In this document: piece by piece, positions 20,432 to 31,160 of the stretch
Layout: the number at the start of each line of letters is the position of its first letter
Position numbering within the stretch: position 1 is the stretch's first letter
Made by a program: the position numbers and the translations under genes
From: Alphaproteobacteria bacterium
GTDB lineage: Bacteria; Pseudomonadota; Alphaproteobacteria; UBA828
Length of the DNA: 64,000 nucleotides
NCBI GenBank assembly: GCA_963422645.2
Contig: CAXXVO010000021.1
Location: 1-64,000, forward strand
Direction of reading: 5' to 3'
The notes under the pieces: generated by a model
Seen by the model: only the letters and a program-made list of their open reading frames with translations
The model's database searches: none
What the model was told of the DNA's origin: nothing

Positions 20432-20725
20432 TCACTGGGCGTATCCGAGCCCATTGGCAAGAGAGCGTAGGAGTTGCGCGGAGCGCGCGGCAATGATGCT
20501 GCTTTCTCGAAAGGACGCTTCGTTGATGGCCCGGATGTCGCGATCATCCACCAATTCCACCAGCATTTCCGTTGCAGCGTGACCATACGGCTGCACGGCG
20601 ACATCGTGCGAGATCGGAAGCCAAAAGTGGTTCTCCCCTCGGTACTTCGCGAACGCAAGGGCATAGCTACCGATGACAAAACTCTTACGGGGCTTTGCGA
20701 TTCGGGCGATTCTGAGCCCCATGAC
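20432..20725 (-). pseudogene. 3' fragment of a DUF4238-like protein
   Basis: SFVIGS...WLPISHDVAV...IRAINE...SSIIAARS pattern; truncated by IS21. Confidence 0.4.
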
Positions 20726-20927
20726 TGTCAATCGGCTTTCAATACTGACCCCCGATCGGCGTGCAAAATTGACCCCCCTGAGTGGCACGGCGGAGGTTGT
20801 CCCGGTAGCCAATAGGGGGGACCCGCGCGGCTTCGTGTGGCGCCCTGCGCTACGCGGAGCGAAGCCGCGTGGGGGGTCCCTGTTGGCCCACCGGGGCAAC
20901 CGGGCCGCAAGGGAGGCCGGCGGCGGG

Positions 20928-21656
20928 TCAGGAGCGGTTCTTGAAGCGCCAGCTCTCGTTGCCGGTCTCGATGATCTCGCAATGATGGGTGAGGCGATCG
21001 AGCAGCGCTGTGGTCATCTTGGGGTCGCCGAAGACGGATGGCCATTCGCCGAAGGCGAGGTTTGTGGTGATGACGATCGAGGTGCGCTCGTAGAGCCGGC
21101 TCATCAGATGGAAGAGCAGCTGCCCACCGGCCTGGGCGAAGGGCAGGTAGCCGAGCTCGTCGAGGATGACGAAGTCGCGGCGGACGAGCTGGTCTGCAGT
21201 GCGGCCCTGGCGTCCGGCGCGAAGCTCGGCCTCGAGGAGGTTGACCAGGTCGACGACGTTGTAGCACCGGCCGCGCGCGCCCTTGCGGATGCAGGACCGC
21301 GCGATGGCGACGGCGAGATGGGTCTTGCCGGTACCGGTGCCGCCGACCAGCACGATGTTGCGTTTGCCCTCGAGGAAGCCGCCGCCGGCGAGCTCCTGGA
21401 TCAGGGGCTCGTTGACCGGCGAGGCGGCGAAGTCGAAGTCGGCCAGCTCCTTGACCGTCGGCAGCTTGGCGGAGGCCATCTGGTACTTGATCGAGCGGGC
21501 CCTCTTGTCGGCGATCTCGACCTGCAGCAGCGTACCGATGATCTGTTGCACCGGATGGCGGCGCTTGAGCCCGTCGGCAAGGATGTCGTCGTAAGCGGCG
21601 CGCATACCTGCGAGCTTCAGCTGGGTCATCATCTCCAGCACATCATGACGCTCCAT
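20928..21656 (-). CDS. istB: IS21 helper ATPase
   Basis: [25 protein letters not shown] and LLDRLTHH motifs. Confidence 0.95.
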   Translation of the reverse strand: MERHDVLEMMTQLKLAGMRAAYDDILADGLKRRHPVQQIIGTLLQVEIADKRARSIKYQMASAKLPTVKELADFDFAASPVNEPLIQELAGGGFLEGKRNIVLVGGTGTGKTHLAVAIARSCIRKGARGRCYNVVDLVNLLEAELRAGRQGRTADQLVRRDFVILDELGYLPFAQAGGQLLFHLMSRLYERTSIVITTNLAFGEWPSVFGDPKMTTALLDRLTHHCEIIETGNESWRFKNRS

Positions 21657-23157
21657 GACCGGCCTCCCTCAGGCTGTCGTAGCGCTGACAGTCGGCTACC
21701 GGCTTGTGGCGAAGCTGCAGGCCCTCGGGCGTCGGGATGATTGCCGGCGGTGCCGGCTGGCGCTGCCGGGCGAGGATGTTGAGCACCACGTCGGCGCTGC
21801 AGGCACCGCAGTCGAGCGTCTCGGCACAGGCCGCCTCAACCGCCTCCAGTCCGTCCTCCAGCACCGCCGCGAGCACCTTGACGAACTGCCGGTCGCCGTC
21901 GTCGTGGCCCGCGAGCCGGGTTCGCAGGCGGCCGAGCGCGTTGGGCAACTGCCAGTCCTTGAAGGGCGCGCCATTGCGTAGCGCGCCGGGCTTCCGCGTC
22001 AGGATCGGCACGTAATGCCACGGATCGTAGACGAACCGGCCGCGCCCGAAGCTGCGGGGGTGCTCGGCAACGGTCTCGCCGTCCTGGCGGATGACGATCC
22101 GATCGGCATAGGCCCGCACGTCCACCGGCCGGCCGACGGCGCGGGCCGCGACGCTGTACTGGTTGTTGTCGAAGCGCACCAGACAGGTCTTCGAGACCGA
22201 CACCTCGCTGGCATGGAAGCCGTCGAAGGGGCCGCGATACGCCATCAGGAAGGGCTGCTCCTCCTCGAACACCTGCCACACCGTCTTGCCCGGGATTGTC
22301 GGATGCGGATGCTTCTTGGCGTCCTCGATGCACCGATCCATCAGCCACTCGTTGATCTCGGCGTAGGAGCGGCCCCGCGGGATGGGCACGAACAGGCGGC
22401 CGCGAAGGTCACCCACCTGCTTCTCGACCTGCCCCTTCTCCCAGCCAGCCCCTGGCGTGCACGCCACAGGCTCCACCAGATGGTGCGAGCACAGCTCCTG
22501 GAAGCGGCGGTTGTAGTCCCGCTTCTTGCCCACGAAGATCGTGCTCACCGCCGTCTTCATGTTGTCGTAGATGCCCCGCCGGCAGACCCCGCCGAAGAAG
22601 CGGAAGGCACGCTCGTGCGCCTCGAAGACCATCTCCTGGCTCTCGCGGGGAAAGATCTGGACCAGATACATCCGGCTGTGGCACAGCCGCATGTGCGCCG
22701 CCTTCACCCTGGTCGTCGCGCCCGACAGACGCGCGTACTCGTGGCTCCAGTCGAACTGGTAGGCCTCGCCGGGATCGAAGATCAGCGGCACATAGGCCTG
22801 CGCCGGCGACAACAGCCGCCACCGGCGCCGCCAGGCCCTGGCATAGCGGCGAACCGCGTCATAGCCGCCCTTGTAGCCCAGCGACACAAGGTCTTCATGA
22901 ATCCGCAGAAGAGACAGCCGATCCTTGCGTGCCTTCTTCTCGTTGGCCTTCAGCTGGCGCTCAAGCTCCTCCACCCACAGCCCAAGCTTCGGCATCGGCT
23001 GGATCTTGCGCTCGTAGCTGTGCGAGGTCGCATCGCCCCGCACCACCTTGCGTATCGTGTTCTTGGAAACCCTCAAATCCCGGGCGAGCTTCTTGATCGG
23101 AACGCCCTTCACCAGATGATCCCGACGGATCTTCGCGATCGTTTCCACAACCAGCAT
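21643..23157 (-). CDS. istA: IS21 transposase
   Basis: N-terminal HTH; [12 protein letters not shown] and EKGQVE DDE motifs. Confidence 0.95.
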   Translation of the reverse strand: MLVVETIAKIRRDHLVKGVPIKKLARDLRVSKNTIRKVVRGDATSHSYERKIQPMPKLGLWVEELERQLKANEKKARKDRLSLLRIHEDLVSLGYKGGYDAVRRYARAWRRRWRLLSPAQAYVPLIFDPGEAYQFDWSHEYARLSGATTRVKAAHMRLCHSRMYLVQIFPRESQEMVFEAHERAFRFFGGVCRRGIYDNMKTAVSTIFVGKKRDYNRRFQELCSHHLVEPVACTPGAGWEKGQVEKQVGDLRGRLFVPIPRGRSYAEINEWLMDRCIEDAKKHPHPTIPGKTVWQVFEEEQPFLMAYRGPFDGFHASEVSVSKTCLVRFDNNQYSVAARAVGRPVDVRAYADRIVIRQDGETVAEHPRSFGRGRFVYDPWHYVPILTRKPGALRNGAPFKDWQLPNALGRLRTRLAGHDDGDRQFVKVLAAVLEDGLEAVEAACAETLDCGACSADVVLNILARQRQPAPPAIIPTPEGLQLRHKPVADCQRYDSLREAGHGAS

Positions 23158-23276
23158 CTCCCCCACCACCCCGTCCGTCCAAACGACGAGGTGTGTTCAT
23201 GGACACAAATCCAGGGGGGTCAATTTTGGACGCCGATCACCCCCAATAGGGGGTCACTTTTCCACGCTTAACAACA

Positions 23277-23463
23277 CAGCACCCCTGAAACGCCCCGAAA
23301 ATCACCGTTTCCAGCCAATTAACGGCCCTTTCCGGGCCGGATTCGCAAAGACTTTCGTCCGGCCCGCCAGACCCCGGAAACGCCGCCAACCCCTTGACCG
23401 TCCGCCCTCTTCCGCCTTCTTCCCGGCATCTTCCGGATTTGCAATGACTTTCGTCCCCCTACA
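23277..23463 (-). mobile_element. Orphan Mu/Tn7-like end, near-identical to 13199-13385
   Basis: Reverse-complement match ending GACTTTCGTCCCCCTACA; cut internally by IS21; abuts a MuF gene. Confidence 0.85.
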
Positions 23464-24363
23464 GTCCAGCTCGGCTCGGTCCGCCGCCTGCGCATAATCT
23501 TCGATACCAACATCCGCATGGCCTACGCCCGCGGCCGATGGGAGCGCATCGAGCGCCTCAGGGAGGCCATGCCCTGGCTCCGCTACGTCGCCGTCCAGGA
23601 CGCCCGCACCAGGCCCGACCACCTCGCATGGCACGGCACCATCCTTCCCGTCGATCACCCCTTCTGGAAGACCCACTACCCGCCCAACGGATGGAAGTGC
23701 CGCTGCATCGTCCAGCAGCTCTCCGAAGACGACCTGGAGCGCTACGGCTATAAAGTGTCGTCAGGCCCGCCGCCGCTCTCCGGGCGCACCCGGCCCTGGA
23801 CCAACCGCCGCACCGGCCGCGTCCACCAGGTCCCCGCCGGCATCGATCCCGGCTTCCAGCACAACGCCGGCCGCGCCCGGCCGGGCCGCGACAGCGCAAA
23901 CCGCCTGATCGAGAAGATCGACGACGCGCCCCCCGACCTCGCACGCGCCGCCATAGGCCAACCCTGGAACGGGGCGCTCTTCCGCCGCCACCTCGAAGGC
24001 CGGTCCGACGCCGACTGGCCCGCGGCCGTGCTCGAAGGCCCGGTCCGCGCCGCCATCGGCGCACGCTCCCGAACCGTCCGCCTCTCCGCAGAAACCGCCG
24101 CAAAGCAGGCCAGGAGACACCCCGATCTCGAACCCGCAGACTACGCCCGCGTCCAGCGCATCCTCGATGAGGGAGAGGTGTTCTCAGCCCCGCGGGGAAG
24201 AGCAATCGGCTTCCTCGAAGAAGAGGGCCGCCTGTGGCGCGCCGTCGTCAAGGCCACCGAAGACGGATCGGAGGCATATCTTGCAAGCCTGCACAAGGCG
24301 CAGCCCCATAACCTCGACGCCGCGCGCCGGCGCCTGAAGCGGGTTGTCGGGGAGGGAGGTTGA
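23464..24363 (+). pseudogene. 5'-truncated Mu gpF (MuF) head morphogenesis protein with C-terminal PBECR-like nuclease/toxin domain
   Basis: RRLRIIFDTN, YVAVQDARTRPDH, HPFW...PPNGWKCRC and GIDPGF motifs; C-terminal VRLS..T..KQ..RHPDL...DY domain (toxin call is inference). Confidence 0.8.
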
Positions 24364-24431
24364 CGCCGGGCGGGTCGTAAACCCCGCGCTCGCCCGAAGG
24401 CATGAGAGGAGTACGAATGCTTCCGGCGTCA
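24361..24431 (+). ncRNA. Candidate structured RNA (four-way junction, tRNA-sized)
   Basis: 9-bp closing stem TGACGCCGG/CCGGCGTCA enclosing three hairpins; folded by eye only. Confidence 0.4.
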
Positions 24432-24509
24432 CGCCCGACCCTACGCGCCGCCGCGCGCCACCTCAAGCCGATTCAGCGCCCCGGCGCGGGCCGCCGCCAG
24501 CCTCGCGGG

Positions 24510-24797
24510 ACGGGCGCCTCGCACCGCACCTCGCACCGGATTTTCCAGCCGAATCCGATACCCCGAAACCGACCCGATTTGCCGCCGTCGCAAGACCCCT
24601 GAAACGCCCCGAAAATTGCCGTTTCCAGCCAATTCACGGCCTCTGCACGGCCCGATTCGCAAAGACTTCCGTCCGCACGCCAGCCGCCGCACCGCCACCG
24701 TGCCGCCGCGCATCCCCTTGAGATTCCGCCACCTTCCGCCCGATTCCGCCTGATTCCACCCCTTGACCCGATTCACAACGACTTTCGTCCGTCTACA
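24510..24797 (-). mobile_element. Diverged Mu/Tn7-like end of the same family
   Basis: Ends GACTTTCGTCCGTCTACA; internal GATTCGCAAAGACTTCCGTCC; colinear with the reverse complement of 13199-13460. Confidence 0.8.
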
Positions 24798-24997
24798 GTC
24801 TCTTCGCAAATCGCCATGCCGCGTTGCAGCGCGTCCTCGTTGCCGGCGAAGCCTGCGAAGAAGAGCTCCCGGACCTTCTCGTCGAAGCGTTCCGGCTCTT
24901 GCGCTCCGACCGGGAGGCTGAGCACGAGCGCCGCCAGCAGTGCGATAAGGCCGAGGACGAGACTGCCCCGGCGCCGTCCCTTCGTCTTGATGTGCAT
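24798..24997 (-). pseudogene. Secreted protein truncated by the Mu-like end
   Basis: Signal peptide plus ERFDEKVRELFFAGFAG, then runs into TGTAGAC at 24797. Confidence 0.65.
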
Positions 24998-25015
24998 GTC
25001 ATCTCTCCCTATCGC

Positions 25016-25321
25016 TCAGGCGCCGGCGCCTGAGCCCTCCAGGATGTCGCGCAGGTAAGCGACATGGTTCTGGAAGGCTCGCCGCCCTGGCGCGGTGATG
25101 CGGACGCGTGTGCGAGGCCGCTTGCCCACAAAATCCTTCACGACGCTCACGTAGCCCGACTTCTCTAGAGTCGTGAGGTGCGACCCAAGGTTGCCGTCGG
25201 TAGCGCCGGTGATCGCCTTGAGCCGGACGAATTCCAGCATTTCCCGGCGTGGCAAGGCGTTCAGCGCCGACATGCTCTTGAGCCGCGTCGACTGGTGGAC
25301 GATCTCATCGGGTTGGCTCAT
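25016..25321 (-). CDS. Winged-helix transcriptional regulator (HTH_34/MarR-like)
   Basis: IVHQSTRL, TDGNLGSHL..LE..GY and KRPRT motifs; TGATG coupling to upstream gene. Confidence 0.85.
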   Translation of the reverse strand: MSQPDEIVHQSTRLKSMSALNALPRREMLEFVRLKAITGATDGNLGSHLTTLEKSGYVSVVKDFVGKRPRTRVRITAPGRRAFQNHVAYLRDILEGSGAGA

Positions 25322-25884
25322 CAGGCACGCCGTAGCCAGAGACCGCCGAGAATGAGAGCGCCGCCACCCGCGAAGGGAACGATCAGATGCAGGTATGCGG
25401 GCGCGAGGAGGAAGACCCCGACAGCGAGACCGCCCAATGCGATGCCAACGACCGCGTAGCGCAGGCCCGACCAGCATCCGCTGATGGTGAAGCCTGCGGC
25501 GACCAGCAGGGTGAAGAACATCAGGATCTCGATGCCCGTGAGCGGCGCCATGACCATGAGCGTCAGCCCGATGAAGGCCACCAGCACGGCAGCCGTCCCG
25601 AAGTAGCGAAGCAGGCGCACGCGCTCGCTGCGCTCTCCACAGCGCCGCGTTTGCCTAATCATCAGGAAGGCGTTGCCGACGAGGCCGACCATATCGACGG
25701 CGGACCAGCCGATGCCGGTATGTGCGGGCGACACTGCGCCGATGGTACCGGCGATCAGCCATAGCGCGCCCCACATCAGCAGGTAGGGGCTTGCCAAGCC
25801 GTAACCAAAGAGCAACCGGCTACGACGTTCCGTCTCCTCGATATCGTGCAGTGCCGACGAGGCGTCGTCCTTGCTCACGCTCAT
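25321..25884 (-). CDS. Multi-pass membrane protein
   Basis: About 6 hydrophobic segments; coupled to the regulator. Confidence 0.75.
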   Translation of the reverse strand: MSVSKDDASSALHDIEETERRSRLLFGYGLASPYLLMWGALWLIAGTIGAVSPAHTGIGWSAVDMVGLVGNAFLMIRQTRRCGERSERVRLLRYFGTAAVLVAFIGLTLMVMAPLTGIEILMFFTLLVAAGFTISGCWSGLRYAVVGIALGGLAVGVFLLAPAYLHLIVPFAGGGALILGGLWLRRA

Positions 25885-25971
25885 GGCACGCTCCGTGTTT
25901 CCGGACATGTGATGAAGGGCAGCATACCTGATTTCGCTCTGCATGACAGAGTAATCTGAATGCCAAAACGT

Positions 25972-26000
25972 CTTGATTCGGGTCAACGCGGTGCTCACAT
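25972..26000 (+). promoter_or_regulatory. Putative RpoH promoter
   Basis: CTTGAT-N16-CTCACAT upstream of a small heat-shock gene; resembles the alphaproteobacterial CTTG-N-CCTATAT consensus. Confidence 0.5.
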
Positions 26001-26112
26001 GGAGGAAGAGAAGCGGCCGGCCGCAGCAGGGCTACCGCGATCGATCGCTTCAGGGCGCACGCCGCTGCCGGGCGCACCCGGGGACACTCGCTCGACGGAG
26101 GGGGGCAAGGCG

Positions 26113-26541
26113 ATGACACGAGTTTCACCGTTCAACAGCCCTCTCCTACTCGGTTTCGGTCGCCTGGAAGAGGTGGTCGACCGGCTCACCCGGTCATCGA
26201 CCGAGGGCTATCCCCCCTACAATGTGGTCCACATGGGGGATGAGCGGCTGCGCATCAGCCTCGCCGTGGCGGGGTTCGACGAGGACGACCTCGACGTCAC
26301 GGTCGAGCGCAACGAGCTGCACATCAGGGGCCGGCAGGTGGAGGAGAACGGCGCCGTCTACCTGTACCAGGGTATCGCTGCACGCCAGTTCCACCGCACC
26401 TTCCTGCTTGCGGACGGGATCGAGATCGACGGCGCGCGCCTCGACAACGGCTTGCTTCACATCGAGCTGAAGCGCCCGACCATGTCCGAGATCGTGCGAA
26501 GCGTCGCGATCAAGAGCGGCGACGGGGCGGGCAATGACTAA
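26113..26541 (+). CDS. ibpA: Small heat shock protein Hsp20
   Basis: YPPYN, LAVAGF, YLYQGIAARQF and LDNGLL motifs. Confidence 0.9.
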   Translation: MTRVSPFNSPLLLGFGRLEEVVDRLTRSSTEGYPPYNVVHMGDERLRISLAVAGFDEDDLDVTVERNELHIRGRQVEENGAVYLYQGIAARQFHRTFLLADGIEIDGARLDNGLLHIELKRPTMSEIVRSVAIKSGDGAGND

Positions 26542-26615
26542 GGGAGGAGTATTGAATGTAGGCGGTGCGGCGGGCGCTGCTGCGGCTTCCGCGCCTTGGC
26601 TGGAGGAGGATGGTC

Positions 26616-26831
26616 ATGAATGATGGCGATCGGACGACTGCCGGCGAGCGGAAGGATTACGTCCACTTCCTCTCCGGCAACGAAGCCTACATCCGGGAAG
26701 TGTTGGTGGACGGCGCCGCCGTCTACGGCATCCACGCGCCGGACGGCCGTCTCCTCGGCGTCGCGCCAGACCGCGAGATCGCGTTCGCTGCAGCCCGCCA
26801 GCACCAGCTGGAGCCGCTCAGCGTCCACTAG
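26616..26831 (+). CDS. DUF1150-family small protein
   Basis: AYIRE, YGIHAPDG and PLSVH motifs; typical partner of this Hsp20; RBS GGAGGAGG. Confidence 0.8.
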   Translation: MNDGDRTTAGERKDYVHFLSGNEAYIREVLVDGAAVYGIHAPDGRLLGVAPDREIAFAAARQHQLEPLSVH

Positions 26832-27005
26832 AGCGCGTCCGTCTTTGACGGATGCGCGACAGGCCGCGACCGCGGCCCGCCGGCTAATGCGGCGCGCCCG
26901 CGCAGGCGCCCGGTCGCGCCGGCAGGCGCGCGTAATCCAATAAGTGCCGGCTGCCGTGAGCGACAAATAGCAAAAGCGTTTCCGTGAAAATCGGAAACGC
27001 TTTAG
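26828..27005 (+). repeat. CTAGAGCG-type palindromic MITE/REP, copy 1
   Basis: Terminal hairpins; colinear with the inverted copy at 59535-59684. Confidence 0.8.
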
Positions 27006-27014
27006 GTAGCGCGT

Positions 27015-28727
27015 TTAGCCTGAGTCAGCTGATCGCAGGGCGTCTGCGGCGGGAAGCTCGAGCCGGAAGCTCGCGCCAACGATGGCGCCCGCCCCGTCGC
27101 GCCGGTTGATGCAGCTCAGTCGGCCGCCGTGGGCCTCTGCGATCTGGCGCGAGATGCTGAGCCCGAGGCCGGAATGGGCGCCGAAGGGCTCGCCCTCCGG
27201 GCGGTCGGTATAGAAGCGCCGGAAGATCGCCTCCTCCATGCCGGCCGTCACGCCGGGGCCGTCATCGTGAACGCCGACCATGACCGCGGCGCCGTCCCGG
27301 CGCAGCCCGAGCGTAATCGTCCCGCCGGGCGGGCTGAACGAGCGGGCGTTGCTGATGAGGTTCTGGAGCACCTGGGCGAGGCGGTCTTCGACGCCGAGCA
27401 CCGTGAAAGGTCCGTCGCCCTCGATTTCGACACGGAGGGCCGTGGAGCCTTCGTCAATCTCGGCGGCGGCGGTGTGCATCTCAGCAAGCGTCGTCAGCAT
27501 GGCGCGAAGATCGACCGGCTCCAGCCGCGCGCGGAACAGCTCGGTATCGATCTTGGAGGCGTCGGCGATCTGGCTCAGTAGTCGGTCGAGCCGCTTCACA
27601 TCCTCGCCGACGAGCGCGAGCAGCTTCGCGCGCTGATCTTCGTCGTCGACGCGCCGGGCGGTGTCGACGGCGCTCAGCACGGAACTCAGCGGGTTCTTCA
27701 CCTCATGCGCCACGTCGGCGACGAAGCGCTCGATTGCATCCATGCGCACCCAGAGCGCCTCGGTCATGTCCCGCAGCGCGCCTGAGAGCCGGCCGATTTC
27801 GTCGTTGCGCCCCGTGAAGTCGGGGATCACCACCTTGCGCCCGCCGCCGGCGCGCACCCGCTCCGCCGCACGAGCAAGGCGGCGCACGGGCCGGGTGATC
27901 GTGCCTGCGAAGTAGAGGCTGAGCAGGATGGTGATTCCAAGCGCGATACTGAACGCCTGGAGAATGGTGAAGCGTGCATTGCGGACGCTCTCCAGCACGT
28001 CGTTTGCATCCGCGACCAAGAGCAGGGCGCCCTGCACCCGGCGGAAGGGCTGGATCGGCGCCGACACGACCGCAACCAGCCGGGCGTCCTGCGTTCTCTG
28101 CATGGCGCGCCCGGCGGTGCCTTGCAGTGCGCTCAGCACCTTCGGGTAGTCGGCCGCTTGCGGCTCGACCGGCTCGAGATAGAGAGGCACCGTGGTGCGT
28201 GGCGGCAGCCGTACGGTGATCCACTCGTATACCGCGTCCGCAGCCCGACCGAAGACGCCGCGGCCTTCCTCCGGGGGCGGTAATTCAGCCGTCTGCACCG
28301 GTGCCATCGGCAGCTGCCACGAATCGACGGCGAGGCTTCCGTCGGCGTTGAAGAGCAGCGCGCGTGTATCGACCGGCAGGTTCAGGCGGTGGATAAGGGT
28401 CGCCGCGGCGGTGGGGTCGAGGCCCGCCTCCGACGGGTTGGCGGTGTCCACCGCGCTTTCGCCGAGCGCAGCGGCCAGCAGGGTGGCTTCGCGCGCGATC
28501 GCGTCCAGCCTGCCCTCCATCAGGTCGCGCTGGAGCTGGTCGAGATAGAAGAAGCCCGCGACCAGCACCCCCAGCGCCATCACGTTGATGGCGAGGATGC
28601 GGGCCGTGAGCGGAAAGCCGATACGCGGCCGCCGGCCACGCCTGACCTTCGCCTGGGGAGCGGTCGGCGGCGCCTTCAGATCGTCTTCGGCCGAATCACG
28701 GCGTGTTGTATCGGTAGCCGACACCAT
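27015..28727 (-). CDS. chvG: Sensor histidine kinase ChvG/ExoS
   Basis: [13 protein letters not shown] domain, [15 protein letters not shown] and HSGLGLSI motifs; next to chvI. Confidence 0.92.
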   Translation of the reverse strand: MVSATDTTRRDSAEDDLKAPPTAPQAKVRRGRRPRIGFPLTARILAINVMALGVLVAGFFYLDQLQRDLMEGRLDAIAREATLLAAALGESAVDTANPSEAGLDPTAAATLIHRLNLPVDTRALLFNADGSLAVDSWQLPMAPVQTAELPPPEEGRGVFGRAADAVYEWITVRLPPRTTVPLYLEPVEPQAADYPKVLSALQGTAGRAMQRTQDARLVAVVSAPIQPFRRVQGALLLVADANDVLESVRNARFTILQAFSIALGITILLSLYFAGTITRPVRRLARAAERVRAGGGRKVVIPDFTGRNDEIGRLSGALRDMTEALWVRMDAIERFVADVAHEVKNPLSSVLSAVDTARRVDDEDQRAKLLALVGEDVKRLDRLLSQIADASKIDTELFRARLEPVDLRAMLTTLAEMHTAAAEIDEGSTALRVEIEGDGPFTVLGVEDRLAQVLQNLISNARSFSPPGGTITLGLRRDGAAVMVGVHDDGPGVTAGMEEAIFRRFYTDRPEGEPFGAHSGLGLSISRQIAEAHGGRLSCINRRDGAGAIVGASFRLELPAADALRSADSG

Positions 28728-29388
28728 AGAGCGTCTCGATCTGCGAAAAGGCCGGATCGATGGCCCTGAACTTCTTGCGGATGCGCTTGACGTGGCTGTC
28801 GATGGTGCGGTCCTCGACGTAGATCTGGTCGCCGTAGGCGGCATCCATCAACTGGTTCCGGCTCTTGACGTGGCCGGGCCGCTGGGCCACCGCCTTCAGG
28901 AGCAGGAATTCGGTCACCGTAAGGGAGAGCGCCTTGCCCTGCCAGGTGCAGAGATGACGGTCCTCGTCCAGCACCAGCGCGCCCCGCACCATGAGCGCGC
29001 GGGTCCCGTCGGCACTCTTGTCCGGCTCAGCACGCCGCAGGATCGCCCGGATGCGCCCGACCAGCAGGCGGATCGAGAAGGGCTTGGTGATGTAGTCGTC
29101 CGCGCCCTGGCTGAGCCCGTAGAGCTGGTCGTCCTCGGCGTCCTTCGAGGTCAGGAACACCACGGGGAGCGACGAATGTTCCCGCAGCTGGGCGAGCAGC
29201 TCCAGGCCGTCCATCTGCGGCATCTTGATGTCGAGCACCGCAAGGTCGACCGGCCGGCTCAGCAGGTCCTGCAGCGCCTTCACCGGGTCGCTGTGAGGGC
29301 GGACGACGAAGCCCTCCGCCTCCAGTGCCATGGTGACCGAGGTGAGCAGGTGCTGGTCGTCGTCGACGAGCGCGATGGTCGCGGGCAC
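28696..29388 (-). CDS. chvI: Response regulator ChvI
   Basis: [23 protein letters not shown] and IETLYGVGY motifs. Confidence 0.95.
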   Translation of the reverse strand: MPATIALVDDDQHLLTSVTMALEAEGFVVRPHSDPVKALQDLLSRPVDLAVLDIKMPQMDGLELLAQLREHSSLPVVFLTSKDAEDDQLYGLSQGADDYITKPFSIRLLVGRIRAILRRAEPDKSADGTRALMVRGALVLDEDRHLCTWQGKALSLTVTEFLLLKAVAQRPGHVKSRNQLMDAAYGDQIYVEDRTIDSHVKRIRKKFRAIDPAFSQIETLYGVGYRYNTP

Positions 29389-29467
29389 CGTGTCCTTCCT
29401 CCTCCTGCGGGCGCCCCAAGTATGGCCTCACTGTGGCGATTTTGGGGCGCCGGATCAGCCGGTGGCG

Positions 29468-30850
29468 TCAGTAGCGGGCGATCGGTCGCCGGGCGACGGC
29501 GAGGAAGCGGCCCGAGAGGAGCATGGCGGCGCTGAGCGCGCCCGCCAGAATGCCCCACATCAGGCCGTCGACGCCGATCCCGACCACAATGGCCAGCACG
29601 TAACCGATGGGCACCGTGATGCACCACCAGGAGATGAGTTGAAGACCTGGCGGCACCCACACGTCCGCGACGCCGCGCAGCGCGCCCATCAGCACCGCCT
29701 GCATGCCGTCGAACACCAGAATGATACCGCAAATGCCGATGAGCGACGCGGCGATCGGCAGCACTGCGGGATCGTCGGTGTAGAGCTTCGCCAATGGCAT
29801 GCCGAGGCCTAGGAAGGGGCCGGCGAAACAGGCCATAAGGAACGCGATGAGAAGGACGCCCGCCCAGCCGGCGCGCACGATATCGGTGGCGTTGCGCCGG
29901 CCGACCGCGTTCCCGACCCGGACCATGCTCGCCCCGGCGGTGCCGATGGCAACCATGAAGACGAGCCCGATCAGGTTGTATCCGATCTGATAGGCGGCGA
30001 GGGACACCGTGCCGAGGTGGCCGGCGAACATGACCAGCGCGCCGAACGCCGCGGTCTCGAACCCCCGTGCTGCGCCGAGCGGGTAGCCGATGCGCCTGAG
30101 CCGCTTCGAGATCGCCCAGAAGTCGGTGACGGGCCGGAGTATGCCGAGCGCGCTGGCGTCCGCCTGACGCAGCACGACGAGCAGCAGGGCCCCGAACATG
30201 ACCCAGCGCACGAGCGAGGTCGCGATGGCGGCGCCTTCCGCCCCCATCTCCGGGCCGCCCAGGTTGCCGAAAATGAAGATCCAGTTGAGCAGCGCGTTGA
30301 GCAGCACCGCGCCGAACATGACCAGCATGCCCGGTATCGGTCGGCTGAGACCCTCCAGAAAGTGCGTGCACACCACCCACAACATCAATGGCGGTGAGCC
30401 CCAGGCGATCATGTCGAGCACGCGGCCGCCGCCGATCACGACTTCGGGGTCCTGCCCGGTCGCTTCCAAGGTATAGCCGCCGAGCAGGCAGATGAGGCCC
30501 ATGACGACGCCGAGGAACGCGCCATGGACGAAGCTCACGCGCCAATAGGTGCCGCAGGCCGCGTGGTCGTGCGCGCCGTGCGCCTGGGAGACGAAGATCA
30601 CCGTGCCCTGCAGCAGCCCCACGCCGATCAGGATCATCACCACCTGTGCGGCATTCGCTGCCGCGTAGTAGGCAAGCGATGCGGTGCCGTAGTGGCCCAG
30701 CATGGCGGAATCGATCGCGACCATCACGAGCAAGCCTGCGCGCGCGAGGATCACCGGGCCGGCGAAGCGGGCGGTCCGAATCAGATGGCGCTCGAACGAC
30801 ATGGCCTGACTGGCCGGCCGCTCGGGCGCGACGGCGACTCCCTTGGTCAT
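29468..30850 (-). CDS. MATE efflux transporter
   Basis: About 12 TM segments; IDSAMLG, MGAEGAAIAT and VRVGNAVG motifs. Confidence 0.9.
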   Translation of the reverse strand: MTKGVAVAPERPASQAMSFERHLIRTARFAGPVILARAGLLVMVAIDSAMLGHYGTASLAYYAAANAAQVVMILIGVGLLQGTVIFVSQAHGAHDHAACGTYWRVSFVHGAFLGVVMGLICLLGGYTLEATGQDPEVVIGGGRVLDMIAWGSPPLMLWVVCTHFLEGLSRPIPGMLVMFGAVLLNALLNWIFIFGNLGGPEMGAEGAAIATSLVRWVMFGALLLVVLRQADASALGILRPVTDFWAISKRLRRIGYPLGAARGFETAAFGALVMFAGHLGTVSLAAYQIGYNLIGLVFMVAIGTAGASMVRVGNAVGRRNATDIVRAGWAGVLLIAFLMACFAGPFLGLGMPLAKLYTDDPAVLPIAASLIGICGIILVFDGMQAVLMGALRGVADVWVPPGLQLISWWCITVPIGYVLAIVVGIGVDGLMWGILAGALSAAMLLSGRFLAVARRPIARY

Positions 30851-31160
30851 GGCGCCGGAACCTAACCGATTTCTTGGGATCAGTAGACAGGATTGCGTGC
30901 CAAAGGCGACGGTTCGGTGCGCGCCAGAAGGGTCCAAGACGCAAAAGCGGGCCTCGCTTGACTCCCCTGGATGAGCGGGTCAAGTACTGGCAGCGAGGTG
31001 AGCGACGCGGCCGGCCGGCTGCGGACGAGGGAGGGATTGTGACTGACCGGTATCGGCCGGCGACGGTCGCGTCATCGGGCACGCGCCTACGACCCTGCGC
31101 GCTGGGCAGTGCCGAACCCAAGCCGGTCGTCCTGCGGACATCCGAAGCGGGTACTGACGC

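Larger units (their letters stand above)
20726..23273 (-). mobile_element. IS21-family element
   Basis: TG...CA termini; subterminal repeats ATCGGCGT.CAAAATTGACCCC; istA-istB; no TSD visible. Confidence 0.9.

Noticed and set aside
23302-23676. Short ORFs with the repeated peptide GRKSLRIR (also 13153-14049, 24441-24809)
   Set aside because: Translation of the non-coding element ends, not a protein family
26060-26112. ROSE thermometer before the Hsp20 gene
   Set aside because: Only a weak resemblance (CTCGCT before the SD); cannot be supported without folding or a covariance model
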